From sequence record KY295893.1: a DNA stretch of 44,931 nucleotides; one strand, given 5' to 3'. The first letter of the stretch is position 1. Every line of letters begins with the position of its first letter. Below, piece by piece: positions 17,616 to 27,339 of this stretch. The notes under the pieces were generated by a model. The model was given only the letters and a program-made list of their open reading frames with translations, had not been told where the DNA came from and did not search any database. This DNA is from Escherichia phage vB_EcoP_D. A program made the translations under genes and the position numbers.

Positions 17616-20243
17616 TTATGCGAAGCAATAGTCTGAAACTAAGATTTCGTTAAGGTCAAACTCCCCTTGCTCTGGTACTTGTATTCCGGTGTCTACTAAC
17701 CAACGCTCTTCGTGCACATCTAGCAGGTTTTGCAGGGCATTATGGTTTTGATACATCTTAACCATTTCTTCCCTTAAGCTATCCCGCAGGTCTGCGGTAC
17801 GTCCTGCATGAGTACCGAAAGAATCATGGATGACTGCAATGGATGTAATACCTTTATCCACTAGGTCACATACAGTCAGAATCAGGTGGCTAGCATCGTG
17901 ACCATGGACGAAGTTAGGAGCAGCCGCACCCATCATTGCCGTTTCATCAACTACATCTGTTTCAATCTGGAGACTCATCTTGATTTCACCCATCAAGCAA
18001 GTGGATACGCGGAGCATATCGGTAGCCATTATCTTTTGTTGCAAGATGAAGCCAGTTGGTAAGGGATATTCTAAGCCTTCGTTTCTTTTAGCTGCGAAAC
18101 GTGCAAGCTGACGAATCATTTTCATTGCCACTATAGGAGCTTTAACCACTTCCGAAATAGAAGGCCAGATTAAAGCTGTCATATAGTTATAAGCTGCGCT
18201 AGGTGTCAGGCTGTCTTTGCGGTCATTATCAAAAGGATGTACAGGATTGGCGGTACGCCCTTCCGCAATAGCCCGTTGGGCCTCTTTTTCTTCCAAATCA
18301 ACGATATAATCAATCACTGATTCACGGCAGGTTAGACGTGTGCTGCCATAAGGTAGTGTCATTACAGGCTTTTTGGTCAGGCCGCGAGTGATTCCTATCA
18401 TATCCCACGCACTAGCCATGCTACGAAGTTCTGCACCTGTTAAAGTCACGCTGCCAGAAGTGAAGGTTTCCGCATCCTCTGCATTCATGTATGCATAATT
18501 CTTCTGAATTACTACCTGCGCAACGGCACCATAAATATCTTGAGGGGAGTCAGAGGGCTTAAGGTTTACCGCTTTCGCACCTACTGCATCGCGTAGCATA
18601 GTACTGTAGTGCTGGATACCAGAACAACTACCATCTTGATGGACTGGGAGGTGCGTCATGAATTGGTCTTGCGTGCCTTCATCCAGTGCATCCAGATAAC
18701 GCGCATATTCAAAGCACCATGCAAGGAAGCCGTAAGGGGAGTCGGCATTTACCCATTGAGTGAAGGTCAGCGGATCCGCTGCAATGTCGCGGCACATGTC
18801 TTGAAATTCACTATCCAGCACGTTAGCGGTGCGCACGTCAAAAGTTTTCTTATCCCAACCCCAGTTATTAGCCCCGTTCACCAAAAACCACTTAAGCGCC
18901 TCAGCGCTATCAAGACGCTGCCCTTCGGTAAAACGGAGCAATGCCTTGCCTAAGTCGTTTGATTGCGGAGAGAGCGTGCTAGATTGCGCGTAGACGCGGC
19001 TGCGGCTGTCCAGAGCATACACGAAGTATATTGCGTCAAATTGGCTGTATTTACGGGCCTGCCCTACCATGCGGACGGTCGCCGCCGATTTGCTGCCGCG
19101 CTTAGTCTCAGCGGTATACAGCTTGGTGCATTCACCTTTCCAGTTGATGAAGGCTTGCCATTGTTCCGGTGTTAACATTTCTTTCAGTTCACGGCCTCGC
19201 AGGTGCTGGAACTCTAACGGCACCGGATTAGCTGGCTTGTTCTCACGGTCGATGAGTGGTTTAAAGGAAGGTACACCATAGCCGAGGTCTAGACGTATAA
19301 CGTCCTCCACAACCTGTAAAACCTCTTTATTAACCTGCCACTTAGTTGCCTGCAAAGCGTTAACAGCCTTATAAACGGCTGGCATTTGCTTTTTGGTCAG
19401 CTTGCGGACGTGCTCACGATTGCCTTTTACCAGACGAATACGGCTTGCTACTTTCTCAGTATGAAACCCACCGTTAAAAGGTGATACCCAAGGGCGGGGA
19501 GGTATAACGCAAGGTGCATAGGCAGGGCTGAGCTGCGCTACATGTTCCTTAAATGCAGTTATCCACTCGCCAACATGTTCACTGGTCTGTAAATAGTAAA
19601 CACCATGCTTTCCGCCGTTAGTGCGCAAGGTACGAAGGAAAACAGGTTGACCATTGAAGAATACACTATTCTCCAATATTTCGAGCAAGGTCATACCGAT
19701 TTGCAGCAAGGTGTCTTTAGGCCATGCCTCCCAACGGGAGAAATCCGCGTCACGGTCAGCAACAGATTTCTCAGCTACTACCGCTACGTTGTGCGCATGA
19801 CGATAAGATTTAGTCTTGCTAGCCTTAAGCGACTTCTTCACTTTCTCAAAGTACTTAGCTGCGTGACCTTCCAGCTTGCTAAAACGTACTTGGTCCTCGA
19901 TGCGGTCTGCTACATTCATAGCGATAGCTTGTAAGGTAACGTCTGTATTCAGCATATCCATAACGATTTTCATGGTGATATATGCTGCCACTTCGTTTCC
20001 TACGCAGTTAATGAAAGCTAATGCACGTGGTGCACGACCTCTCTTGCCTTCGTATTCTTCCTTGTAAGCCTGAATACCTTCCGCCATAGGTGCGATTAGT
20101 TCGGACAATAAGCGTCGATTCCATGCCGTGTCTGATTCATTACCGGATGCAATCTGGCGTTGTTGGTCCGCTTCAAAGCGACGGATACCGCCGTTAAACA
20201 TTTCTTCTTCAAGTTGAAGTTGAATAGCGTGTAGGTCTTGCAT
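17616..20243 (-). CDS. single-subunit DNA-directed RNA polymerase (SP6-type)
   Basis: 875-aa ORF; N-terminus [32 protein letters not shown] and C-terminus ...[14 protein letters not shown] match my recollection of SP6 RNA polymerase closely; ATG at 20243. Confidence 0.95.
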   Translation of the reverse strand: MQDLHAIQLQLEEEMFNGGIRRFEADQQRQIASGNESDTAWNRRLLSELIAPMAEGIQAYKEEYEGKRGRAPRALAFINCVGNEVAAYITMKIVMDMLNTDVTLQAIAMNVADRIEDQVRFSKLEGHAAKYFEKVKKSLKASKTKSYRHAHNVAVVAEKSVADRDADFSRWEAWPKDTLLQIGMTLLEILENSVFFNGQPVFLRTLRTNGGKHGVYYLQTSEHVGEWITAFKEHVAQLSPAYAPCVIPPRPWVSPFNGGFHTEKVASRIRLVKGNREHVRKLTKKQMPAVYKAVNALQATKWQVNKEVLQVVEDVIRLDLGYGVPSFKPLIDRENKPANPVPLEFQHLRGRELKEMLTPEQWQAFINWKGECTKLYTAETKRGSKSAATVRMVGQARKYSQFDAIYFVYALDSRSRVYAQSSTLSPQSNDLGKALLRFTEGQRLDSAEALKWFLVNGANNWGWDKKTFDVRTANVLDSEFQDMCRDIAADPLTFTQWVNADSPYGFLAWCFEYARYLDALDEGTQDQFMTHLPVHQDGSCSGIQHYSTMLRDAVGAKAVNLKPSDSPQDIYGAVAQVVIQKNYAYMNAEDAETFTSGSVTLTGAELRSMASAWDMIGITRGLTKKPVMTLPYGSTRLTCRESVIDYIVDLEEKEAQRAIAEGRTANPVHPFDNDRKDSLTPSAAYNYMTALIWPSISEVVKAPIVAMKMIRQLARFAAKRNEGLEYPLPTGFILQQKIMATDMLRVSTCLMGEIKMSLQIETDVVDETAMMGAAAPNFVHGHDASHLILTVCDLVDKGITSIAVIHDSFGTHAGRTADLRDSLREEMVKMYQNHNALQNLLDVHEERWLVDTGIQVPEQGEFDLNEILVSDYCFA

Positions 20244-20306
20244 CTTGTTTACTCCTAGTGAAAGAAACCTTAATAGGTGACACCTAAGAAGATGCCACCG
20301 ATAAGG

Positions 20307-21191
20307 TTACTTAGTCAACTCTTCTACTGCCTCAGAGATTAAGGGCCATGCTTCATGGCCTTCACCGTAGCCTAGCTTAACCAGTTCGCGGCGTGCCTTG
20401 TTAACTGCTGTTTTCTTCGTTGCCTCCTCAGCGCTTAAACCTAAGCGAGCATAGAAGCAGGAAGATTTGAATTGCGGCAGCATAGGCGCGGCTGCCTTCT
20501 TGCTTTCGCGTGCGCTACTTAAGGAGGCGATGCGGTCATTGGCTGCCTGTAATTGCTCAGTCAGTGCTTTAATTTGTGCCAGCAGACCAGCAATAGCGGC
20601 ATTCTCAGTATTAGCCGTGTTATCCAGCGGCGCGGCCTTCGGTGCCTCCGGCTTGCTTTCCTCTTCCCATGGTGCTGATTCGTCGGCCTCCTGCTCGCTC
20701 GCGGGTGGCACTACCTGCGGCGCTTGCATTTCCTGTGATTCTGCGGCCTCAGTCGCGTTCTCCTGCGGTTTTACCGCCTCAGCCTTAGATTGTACCGTTT
20801 CAGTCTTTATCTCTTTCTTAGGTTCAATCAGGGCGTTTACGGCATTAGTGTCCAGCTTGCCAGCTGCGGCGAGTTCTGCGGCCTTCTCCATGATTATATT
20901 TTCATCAGCGAAAGGAACAAGCGCCAGCATTACACGCATAGCCACACCTTTAAAGCGTTCGTCTCCTTCAAAGACACGGGCTACACTCATCAGCTTGTAG
21001 CATTGTGCCTTCTTGATGCCGAACTCTGATTCTACATAAGCTAAAAAGTCTTTTTGACCTTCGAAATCACCGCGTAATTCATTCAGACAAGCGCCAACTT
21101 TGATGTAAGAAGTGCCGATATTGTCTAAGTGCTGCTTGATTTCAGCGGTTGCAGCTTCACGAACAGACAGAAGGGTGTTTTCAGTAGTCAT
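20307..21191 (-). CDS. hypothetical early protein with acidic low-complexity middle and coiled coil
   Basis: 294 aa from ATG 21191 (RBS AAGGTG); track start 21200 is GTG. No family recognised. Confidence 0.55.
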   Translation of the reverse strand: MTTENTLLSVREAATAEIKQHLDNIGTSYIKVGACLNELRGDFEGQKDFLAYVESEFGIKKAQCYKLMSVARVFEGDERFKGVAMRVMLALVPFADENIIMEKAAELAAAGKLDTNAVNALIEPKKEIKTETVQSKAEAVKPQENATEAAESQEMQAPQVVPPASEQEADESAPWEEESKPEAPKAAPLDNTANTENAAIAGLLAQIKALTEQLQAANDRIASLSSARESKKAAAPMLPQFKSSCFYARLGLSAEEATKKTAVNKARRELVKLGYGEGHEAWPLISEAVEELTK

Positions 21192-21254
21192 AATAGTCAC
21201 CTTATATAGTGTAAGTAAATATCACATAGCCCACACAGGCAGGCTATAGGCTAG

Positions 21255-21482
21255 TTACTTGATGTAATGCCACGTTTCTATAAATGCATCTTTGTTAATG
21301 GCGCATTCCGTGCCGTTAGGTGCAATGTATTCGACTAAACCACCTCTTACACAGAGGTAGTTACCGCCTTCCTTTCTTAGTTTGCGTTTAGCTTTATCGA
21401 ATAAAAACTCACGGTAAAGGTGATAGGAGCACCAGCTTAAGCCAATAAGAGCAAATGCCATAATGATGCTATCTAAATCCAT
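21255..21482 (-). CDS. hypothetical protein with N-terminal hydrophobic segment
   Basis: 75-aa ORF, RBS AGGAG; AFALIGLSWCSYHLY looks membrane-embedded. Confidence 0.5.
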   Translation of the reverse strand: MDLDSIIMAFALIGLSWCSYHLYREFLFDKAKRKLRKEGGNYLCVRGGLVEYIAPNGTECAINKDAFIETWHYIK

Positions 21483-21545
21483 AGTCTTAACTCCTAGTAA
21501 GTGAAAGTTTAATCAGGCGCTACCGTAGCAACGCCTTGTTAAGCC

Positions 21546-21568
21546 TTCTCTTATAGTGTCAGCTAAAT
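21546..21568 (-). promoter_or_regulatory. phage RNAP promoter-like, SP6-type subclass with A at +1 (ATTTAGCTGACACTATAAGAGAA)
   Basis: -17 to -1 differs from the SP6 consensus only at -11, but +1 is A; located in the early region upstream of the RNAP gene. Confidence 0.45.
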
Positions 21569-21676
21569 AGTTTGTATGTAGTACCTAGCACTTCCTCACG
21601 AATCTGCGCAAATCGTAAGGAACATTTCAGGGTTACACCGTCTGAGAAGATGAAGTTATATTGCCTTTCCATCTTA

Positions 21677-22006
21677 TTATTCCTCTTCTCCGCCTTCATA
21701 CCAAACTACATCGCTGTCATTTGGTACATCATTATAAAGAGCTTCATAGATGCGAGCTTGTAGAATCTTGGTTACATCCTTCGTATCAGGAATCAAACCA
21801 GCATCTTCAAAATCAACATCAATGCCATCAGCAGCCATCACAGTAAAGATTTCGCTGTAATAAACTGGCACCATGCTATCTACAACCTCATGCAGTGCAT
21901 CAGAGTAATCATCATCTTCACGAATCTCATCGTACTTGATGCGCTCGTTGAATGCTTCAACAGTTGCAGCCAGAAGGTTGTAGTAAGCGTTAGCGTTGCG
22001 TTCCAT
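21677..22006 (-). CDS. ocr: Ocr-like DNA-mimic anti-restriction protein (T7 gene 0.3 homolog)
   Basis: 109-aa highly acidic ORF; IKYDEIREDDDYSDALHEVVDSMVPVYYSEIFTVMAADGIDVDFEDAGLIPDTKDVTKILQARIYE aligns with T7 Ocr as I recall it; RBS GAGGA. Confidence 0.8.
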   Translation of the reverse strand: MERNANAYYNLLAATVEAFNERIKYDEIREDDDYSDALHEVVDSMVPVYYSEIFTVMAADGIDVDFEDAGLIPDTKDVTKILQARIYEALYNDVPNDSDVVWYEGGEEE

Positions 22007-22080
22007 GATTTAATCCTCATTAGTTAGTTAGGTTACATTATAGGGCACTCAAAAGAATACCCTAGGTTTAACCTATCCAG

Positions 22081-22114
22081 ACTAAGAAGCGACTACCCAT
22101 ATTGTTAAAGAGCG
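22081..22114. repeat. 34-bp inverted repeat, left copy
   Basis: ACTAAGAAGCGACTACCCATATTGTTAAAGAGCG is the exact reverse complement of 22362..22395. Confidence 0.8.
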
Positions 22115-22181
22115 TGGCTTGTGCCTTGATAGGCTGGCTAGTGCCAGCAACTATCTTATAAGATACTATTCACAAGTTTAT

Positions 22182-22319
22182 CTATTTAGCATTAATTGCA
22201 ACCACTTTACTATAAAGTTTATCGTGTTTGCTCTTATCTGTGTTAGCTTGCCAAGCGGCATAAGCAACAGCAAGTTTCTCTTGCAATGCATCATAGCGTT
22301 TACGTTGTGCGTTAGTCAT
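22182..22319 (-). CDS. hypothetical small protein (45 aa)
   Basis: MTNAQRKRYDALQEKLAVAYAAWQANTDKSKHDKLYSKVVAINAK with RBS AAGGTG; its RBS, ATG and first codons lie inside the 66-bp direct repeat. Confidence 0.3.
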   Translation of the reverse strand: MTNAQRKRYDALQEKLAVAYAAWQANTDKSKHDKLYSKVVAINAK

Positions 22320-22361
22320 GATAGTTCACCTTTGTTAGTAAGCCTATCAAGACACAAACCA
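22296..22361. repeat. 66-bp direct repeat, copy 1
   Basis: Identical to 22396..22461, exactly 100 bp apart. Confidence 0.85.
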
Positions 22362-22395
22362 CGCTCTTTAACAATATGGGTAGTCGCTTCTTAGT
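22362..22395. repeat. 34-bp inverted repeat, right copy
   Basis: Reverse complement of 22081..22114; sits between the two 66-bp direct repeats. Confidence 0.8.
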
Positions 22396-22461
22396 GCGTT
22401 TACGTTGTGCGTTAGTCATGATAGTTCACCTTTGTTAGTAAGCCTATCAAGACACAAACCA
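22396..22461. repeat. 66-bp direct repeat, copy 2
   Basis: Identical to 22296..22361; carries a second copy of the RBS and ATG, giving an alternative 35-aa ORF. Confidence 0.85.
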
Positions 22462-22518
22462 GATTGTTAAAGAGCTAGGTTAGTGCCTTGATAGGCCAGC
22501 TATTAAGCTGGCTTATTG

Positions 22519-22731
22519 CTACAATTCTCCATCATTCAGTGCTTTAAGCCATCTGTAACCAGTGGCCTTACTCACATTAAGATACATGTTACAGAAGTCC
22601 ACGAACTCATCATGTGTTGGCTGTTTGTCTGCCTTATAGTGTGCAAGCAGTACAGCCATCTTCTTGATAATCCGCTTCTCTTGTTTCTCACGTTCCATGC
22701 GTAATTCGTGAGCGATGTCGCAGTAGTTCAT
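22519..22731 (-). CDS. hypothetical early protein with helix-turn-helix-like segment
   Basis: 70-aa ORF, RBS AAGGTG; C-terminal VSKATGYRWLKALNDGE resembles a DNA-binding HTH. Confidence 0.5.
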   Translation of the reverse strand: MNYCDIAHELRMEREKQEKRIIKKMAVLLAHYKADKQPTHDEFVDFCNMYLNVSKATGYRWLKALNDGEL

Positions 22732-22857
22732 AGTTCACCTTAGTAAGTAGTTAGCCTACCAAGGCACTAGCCAGATTGTTAAAGAGCGGGATGTTTAAAG
22801 ACGTCGCCGTCTTGATGCTTAATGTAGCCTTGTATGCCGTGGTTGTCAATAGTTAAT

Positions 22858-23082
22858 TTAGAGATTTGTCGTGATTACTTCATCGTAATCATAATCTTCA
22901 CTACCTAGATACTCAGTAATGACTTGGTTGTCATACTCAGATACTAAGGTAACTCGGTGATATTCAGTGTCGTAATCTATCAAATAGTGATACACATCAA
23001 CACCTACGCCAGCTTGCATCATATCATCGTGGAAGCGAATAGCTTCGCTAGCTGATTCAAAGAATACCTCATGTTGATACAT
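22858..23082 (-). CDS. hypothetical early protein
   Basis: 74-aa acidic ORF, strong RBS GAGGGAGGG; ATG overlaps the upstream stop (TAATG). Confidence 0.5.
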   Translation of the reverse strand: MYQHEVFFESASEAIRFHDDMMQAGVGVDVYHYLIDYDTEYHRVTLVSEYDNQVITEYLGSEDYDYDEVITTNL

Positions 23083-23261
23083 TATTTACCCTCCCTCAAC
23101 TCATCTATCATGTTACGGTATTGATTAACCGTATCGGTCCAACCTTCGTTAAGAAAGCGGTGATACAAGGCTAACTCATCATCTGTAAGTAATTCGTTGT
23201 TACGAATCATGTAACATAACAGGGTGAAGAGAACGGACAGTTCACGGTTATTTAATGTCAT
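23082..23261 (-). CDS. hypothetical early protein
   Basis: 59 aa from ATG 23261 (MTLNNRE, RBS AAAGAGGG); track start 23270 is GTG. Confidence 0.45.
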   Translation of the reverse strand: MTLNNRELSVLFTLLCYMIRNNELLTDDELALYHRFLNEGWTDTVNQYRNMIDELREGK

Positions 23262-23475
23262 GATTAGCACCCTCTTTAAGAGTTTTGATAATGCGGTTAT
23301 ATGCTGTACCAGTTATAACTAATTTATTACCCATCTTAAGATCAATATAGTGCAGATACTTAGGCGAATAATCATAGTTATCTGGTGTGCGCATCTTACA
23401 TAAGTCATAACCTTTATCGAGGACGTGCTGAATCTCATCAACTGGCATGTTGTACGCTTTTACTTGTACTTTCAT
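23248..23475 (-). CDS. hypothetical early protein, first gene after the early promoter
   Basis: 75 aa from ATG 23475 (MKVQVKAY, RBS GAGGGA); track start 23517 is GTG. Confidence 0.45.
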   Translation of the reverse strand: MKVQVKAYNMPVDEIQHVLDKGYDLCKMRTPDNYDYSPKYLHYIDLKMGNKLVITGTAYNRIIKTLKEGANHDIK

Positions 23476-23698
23476 AGTTAATCCCTCATTCAATAAGTAA
23501 TTAACCACGGCATACACAGGTTACACTAAGCAAATTGTTAAAGAGCATTGCGCTAACCTTGGTTTATCGTGGTAGGTTATGCTTGCGCCATCTTCCACTA
23601 TCTAACATTGTTTAACGGCTTCAGTAGCTAGGCCGGATAGTTAAGGACGCTCTCTATCATTCACCCTGAGTGTTTAATGTCGCTCCCGACTGATTGCT

Positions 23699-23727
23699 AA
23701 TGTATACCTGTTAACTGCCTATGTCAA
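23699..23727 (-). promoter_or_regulatory. candidate host sigma70 early promoter (-35 TTGACA, 17-bp spacer, -10 TACATT)
   Basis: Minus strand reads TTGACA-taggcagttaacaggta-TACATT, with an AT-rich stretch upstream; lies between the short-repeat array and the first early gene. Confidence 0.5.
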
Positions 23728-23794
23728 CACTAAATCGCACTAAGATAGATTATTTATGTGATACCTGTCACAACTGCTAAGGTAAACCTAGGTT

Positions 23795-23810
23795 GTCTAA
23801 CGTGTGAGAC
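23795..23810. repeat. palindrome-like element GTCTAACGTGTGAGAC
   Basis: One arm mismatch relative to the GTCTCAC-NN-GTGAGAC family; upstream of the early promoter. Confidence 0.5.
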
Positions 23811-23949
23811 TAAGGAAAGCAATAGATACAGAGCTAGGATAGGCTAGGACGGCTAGGTTTCTGGTGTTCCTCCTACTGCATCTTATCACTATTACCTACT
23901 CTCAGCGGTCTACCGACCGCGACCTAATTGCATCTTATAGCTTTAGCTA

Positions 23950-24300
23950 TGCAATCACTAAGGTCTGGCACTAAGACTAACTAAGGTACACTACTAAGTT
24001 GATACTAAGCTAAGCACTAAGGCTTTAACTAAGGCAGCCCACTAAGGCTAACCTAAGCCATCCATCAAGGAACAACCTAAGGTACACGTGAGCGAGTGAA
24101 CGGAGCGCAAGCGGAGTGAACGAAACGAACAGATAGCCCACACCCTCACACCTTGTCAAACACTCAGGAATTGCCCTAAAACGGCCTGTGTAAGCCCTAA
24201 GCGGTTGCACTAAGGCAATCACCTTGTCCAACACTAAGGCGTGCCCTAGCGCTTCCTAGGCGTTCTACTTGTGCAGCCACTAAGAGCAGACCTCGGCAAA
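23950..24300. repeat. array of short CTAAG(G) repeats (CCTTAGT on the coding strand)
   Basis: At least 14 copies of (C)ACTAAG(G) in ~350 bp, plus longer near-repeats CACCTTGTC(A/C)AACACT(C/A)AGG at ~24145 and ~24214; non-coding. Resembles in layout the 7-bp CCTAAAG arrays next to the T7 terminal repeat. Confidence 0.6.
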
Positions 24301-24384
24301 CCTCAGCCAACCCGTCGAGCTTCCTGCTGCCGCAGGTTGAAGACGGCCCAGCCTAGCCCAATTCCCAAGCCAACCGCAGCGCGG

Positions 24385-24426
24385 CCCCATATGGGGGAAA
24401 TCCGGCGAGGGCGAGGGCGAGAGAGC
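24385..24426. other. candidate genome-terminus region: CCCCATATGGGGG palindrome plus GGCGAGGGCGAGGGCGAGAGAGC
   Basis: Coding-strand reading TCTCTCGCCCTCGCCCTCGCCGGATTTCCCCCATATGGGGCC parallels the T7 left end as I recall it (TCTCACAG...TTCCCCCATAGGGGG); non-coding and GC-rich. Confidence 0.4.
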
Positions 24427-24483
24427 TGACACACGCCTACATCAAAATTTTTTTGACTTTGGTTACTTTGTGACCACCTTTGG

Positions 24484-24639
24484 TTACACTAAGTCGAAAC
24501 CTTGTGGCTTCTTCATGTAGCACTGGATAGTTCCACCAAGTACCTTCTGGCTGGCTAAGGCCGACTCCTCGGACTCATGAATCTTCCTGAGTACATTCTT
24601 CTGGAATGGACCTACACCATACGTATGAATCCAAATCAT
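24484..24639 (-). CDS. hypothetical small protein downstream of the tailspike
   Basis: 51 aa from ATG 24639 with strong RBS AGGAGG; track ORF 24484..24693 extends upstream without RBS. Confidence 0.4.
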   Translation of the reverse strand: MIWIHTYGVGPFQKNVLRKIHESEESALASQKVLGGTIQCYMKKPQGFDLV

Positions 24640-24836
24640 GTTACCTCCTTTGGAATACACTAAGAGCAGACCTAAGCCTGCCCTTGTGTACACTAAGATA
24701 TTAACCTGCTTACGCAGAAGATGCAGAAGGTTTCTTCATGGTACGACGTTGAACATCCTTGGCAATGGCATAAGCCTGCTTAGGGTCACGTCCTGATTGA
24801 ATAAGTTCTTCTGTGTTCTGGAGTACAGCAGCTTGC

Positions 24837-27272
24837 TTAACTGATTTTATTAGTGGCATACATATCCTCTAACTTGTCTAAACGATAACGAGTATAAGCA
24901 GCCTCCAAGATTAAGATTTCACTATATCTAACACCAAACTGACCTTCTTCGAAGGAGACAATGCCGAAGTCGATTGCATCTAACCCTTCGGATGCAAAAG
25001 CAGCTACAATGTCTTGTGCCAATACACCAAAGTGAGTGTGGTGCACACCACGAGACATCTCACCAATCAACTTGTACTGCTTGAAGCTAACCTTACCCCA
25101 TGCCTTTAGTACACTCTCATCAATACCTTGTGATCCATACTTATGAGTGGCATCAGACGTAATAATAGGGTCACTTGTAAGATGGATAGTAGTGAATCTA
25201 TTACGAGGGCCTCCAGCAGGATACACGTTATCATTGTATGGCATGATAGCCCCACTTTTGAACAAGTGCTCATTGGCATTATATACTGCGCGTCTAGAAG
25301 TACTAGAACCTGCTCCATGTAAGGTAATTTGCGCACCGGTATCTGCTGCTGTACCCTCTCCCCCAGAGATGATAACACGTTGTGCGGTTGGGTTATCCGT
25401 TGGTATAGTCTTACCAATGAACCCATATTCACCTTCCATCAGCATCTCTGAGCGAATATTAGCACTTGTACTTGCCTTCAGGGTAAGGTGTTCGACAGTC
25501 ATATCTGCGGCAACTACCTCTCCTGATAAGTGAAGTGGAGCAGGAATAGTACGAATACCATCAGTACCCATGAAGGTAGGTATAGCCTGACCCGGAGTTG
25601 CACCATATGTAAACTTACGAGATACACGATTGTCATTTGCAATCTGCATCTTATAGCAGTATATATCAGTGGGGTGTCCATGACCTTTAAATGGGTCTTT
25701 ATCTTTGTTGTCACCATAAGTCATTGGGTTGAAATGGTTTTCTCCACCAAAGATATAGTAAATGTAGCTGTCTTTAACTACTACCGAACCTACACCTACA
25801 CTAGAGTTCACAATGTCACCCTGATAGATTTGGTCTGTGATGTTAACCCATTCAATGTCATCTGCATTCCACTTGTTTACATTCAATCGTGCATAGAAGG
25901 TACGAGGATAAGATGCCTTGTAACGATCATCTGGTGCACCTGCTTCCCATTCATTTTCTGCACGTTCTGAACCAAACATAATAAGGTCATCTCCTACTTT
26001 AGCAAAAGGTAAGGTAGTATGATGAACATTATGTGGAAATCTTAGTGACTCCCAAGTTTGACCTATATCTCTACTACGATGCAGAGAGCTTCCTAGTCGA
26101 TCGCCACGAGTACCACGAGTGATAAGGTACAATACACCGTCATAGTACTTGATGCATGGCTCTGCCGCATCTGGTTCATACTCAGATGGTATCTGACGAC
26201 GAACATAATTAGATGGGCTATTGAAAGCATCAGGGAAGTAGAAAAGCCCAACTTCTCGTGGAGCTACATCACCTTGATGATAGCCCATAACAAAGCCATT
26301 GTTATCAATAGTAGCAAAGCTATGCACCTCTGTGACACGAGGGATTAGACCAAGATCTGTCTTACGCCAAGGAGATTTATGGAAAGAAGTACCCATGTGC
26401 CAACTCTTTCCAGCGTTATTCAAATCTGAAGTCTGCTGGTTAGGTGTAAGAACCGTGAAGTTGTCCTTATCTATTACTGTTGCAACCTTCATATCACCAG
26501 ATACACCTGTTACCGCAGAGTTAGAGAAGTTAACAAAATCACCAACGAAGAGTCCGTGATCAGGTACATGGATTGTTGCATATCTCTGATTTGCAGCCTT
26601 AGTGATACCACCAGTAAGATGCAGACTACGAGACATAGGGCGATCCCACAATGCACAATTGGTTAGTGCGTTCTTGGCTAAAGTACGTGTTTCAATCATG
26701 GCAAACAGACGGTTGCGACATACACCCATACTCATACAATGATAGTTCACTGTAGGGTAATCTGGATGCAGATCAGTTAACCACTCTGGAGTAGACCATG
26801 TTTGACCATCGTCACCAGACTTAACCCATGATACATGCAGACGACTAACACCATGACGGTCGCTACCCATGTAAGGTGCATATATCACGTTCTCATATAC
26901 AAACGCTTTGTCTTGAGGCCAAGCATTGTAATAAGGGTTATCCGTGATTTTATAGAGTTCACCATTGATAAAACCTTTACTCACATAGTAAAGAGGTTGA
27001 CCTGCTAAACGTTCCCATACGAAGCGGGTGTTATAGAATCGCTCCATATCAGGTAAAGATGATACTTTGTAAGTAGCACCAGCACCGTCAATTCTCTTAC
27101 CTGAAGCCATCGCTGCATTTACTGCATCTTGGTCGTTTGTCTTACCATCACCTTTGGCTCCAAAATCTTTAAGCGATACAACCTCGGTGAGCTTGTCATC
27201 CAAGTTACGCCAGATTGCACCTGCTATTTTACTCTTGAATTTAACTAATGAAGAACCTAGTCTTTGAATCAT
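24837..27272 (-). CDS. tailspike endosialidase (endo-N-acetylneuraminidase) with C-terminal intramolecular chaperone domain
   Basis: 811-aa ORF with two Asp-box sialidase motifs (SGDDGQTW, SRDIGQTW) and a large beta-propeller-sized body; length matches the 811-aa endosialidases I recall for K1E/K1-5; RBS AAGGAGG. Confidence 0.85.
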   Translation of the reverse strand: MIQRLGSSLVKFKSKIAGAIWRNLDDKLTEVVSLKDFGAKGDGKTNDQDAVNAAMASGKRIDGAGATYKVSSLPDMERFYNTRFVWERLAGQPLYYVSKGFINGELYKITDNPYYNAWPQDKAFVYENVIYAPYMGSDRHGVSRLHVSWVKSGDDGQTWSTPEWLTDLHPDYPTVNYHCMSMGVCRNRLFAMIETRTLAKNALTNCALWDRPMSRSLHLTGGITKAANQRYATIHVPDHGLFVGDFVNFSNSAVTGVSGDMKVATVIDKDNFTVLTPNQQTSDLNNAGKSWHMGTSFHKSPWRKTDLGLIPRVTEVHSFATIDNNGFVMGYHQGDVAPREVGLFYFPDAFNSPSNYVRRQIPSEYEPDAAEPCIKYYDGVLYLITRGTRGDRLGSSLHRSRDIGQTWESLRFPHNVHHTTLPFAKVGDDLIMFGSERAENEWEAGAPDDRYKASYPRTFYARLNVNKWNADDIEWVNITDQIYQGDIVNSSVGVGSVVVKDSYIYYIFGGENHFNPMTYGDNKDKDPFKGHGHPTDIYCYKMQIANDNRVSRKFTYGATPGQAIPTFMGTDGIRTIPAPLHLSGEVVAADMTVEHLTLKASTSANIRSEMLMEGEYGFIGKTIPTDNPTAQRVIISGGEGTAADTGAQITLHGAGSSTSRRAVYNANEHLFKSGAIMPYNDNVYPAGGPRNRFTTIHLTSDPIITSDATHKYGSQGIDESVLKAWGKVSFKQYKLIGEMSRGVHHTHFGVLAQDIVAAFASEGLDAIDFGIVSFEEGQFGVRYSEILILEAAYTRYRLDKLEDMYATNKIS

Positions 27273-27339
27273 GTAACCTCCTTTTCTGAAAGGCTACCAT
27301 CATGATAACCTTTAAGAAAAGTTGCGCGAAAAGCAGTGC

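Noticed and set aside
21203-21220. Degenerate promoter-like sequence ATTTACTTACACTATATAAG just upstream of gene 20307..21191
   Set aside because: Three mismatches in the specificity and initiation positions and it overlaps the gene's RBS; more likely a relic than an active promoter. A similar weak match sits at about 36851..36870.
24025-24234. 69-aa minus-strand ORF in the terminal repeat region
   Set aside because: No RBS, lies entirely in the short-repeat array, and its product is Leu/Arg-rich low complexity.
24710-24859. 49-aa ORF overlapping the 3' end of the endosialidase gene in another frame (MPLIKSVKQAAVLQ...)
   Set aside because: Has a GAGG upstream but overlaps the tailspike coding sequence for its first ~20 nt and has no other support; left as unconfirmed.
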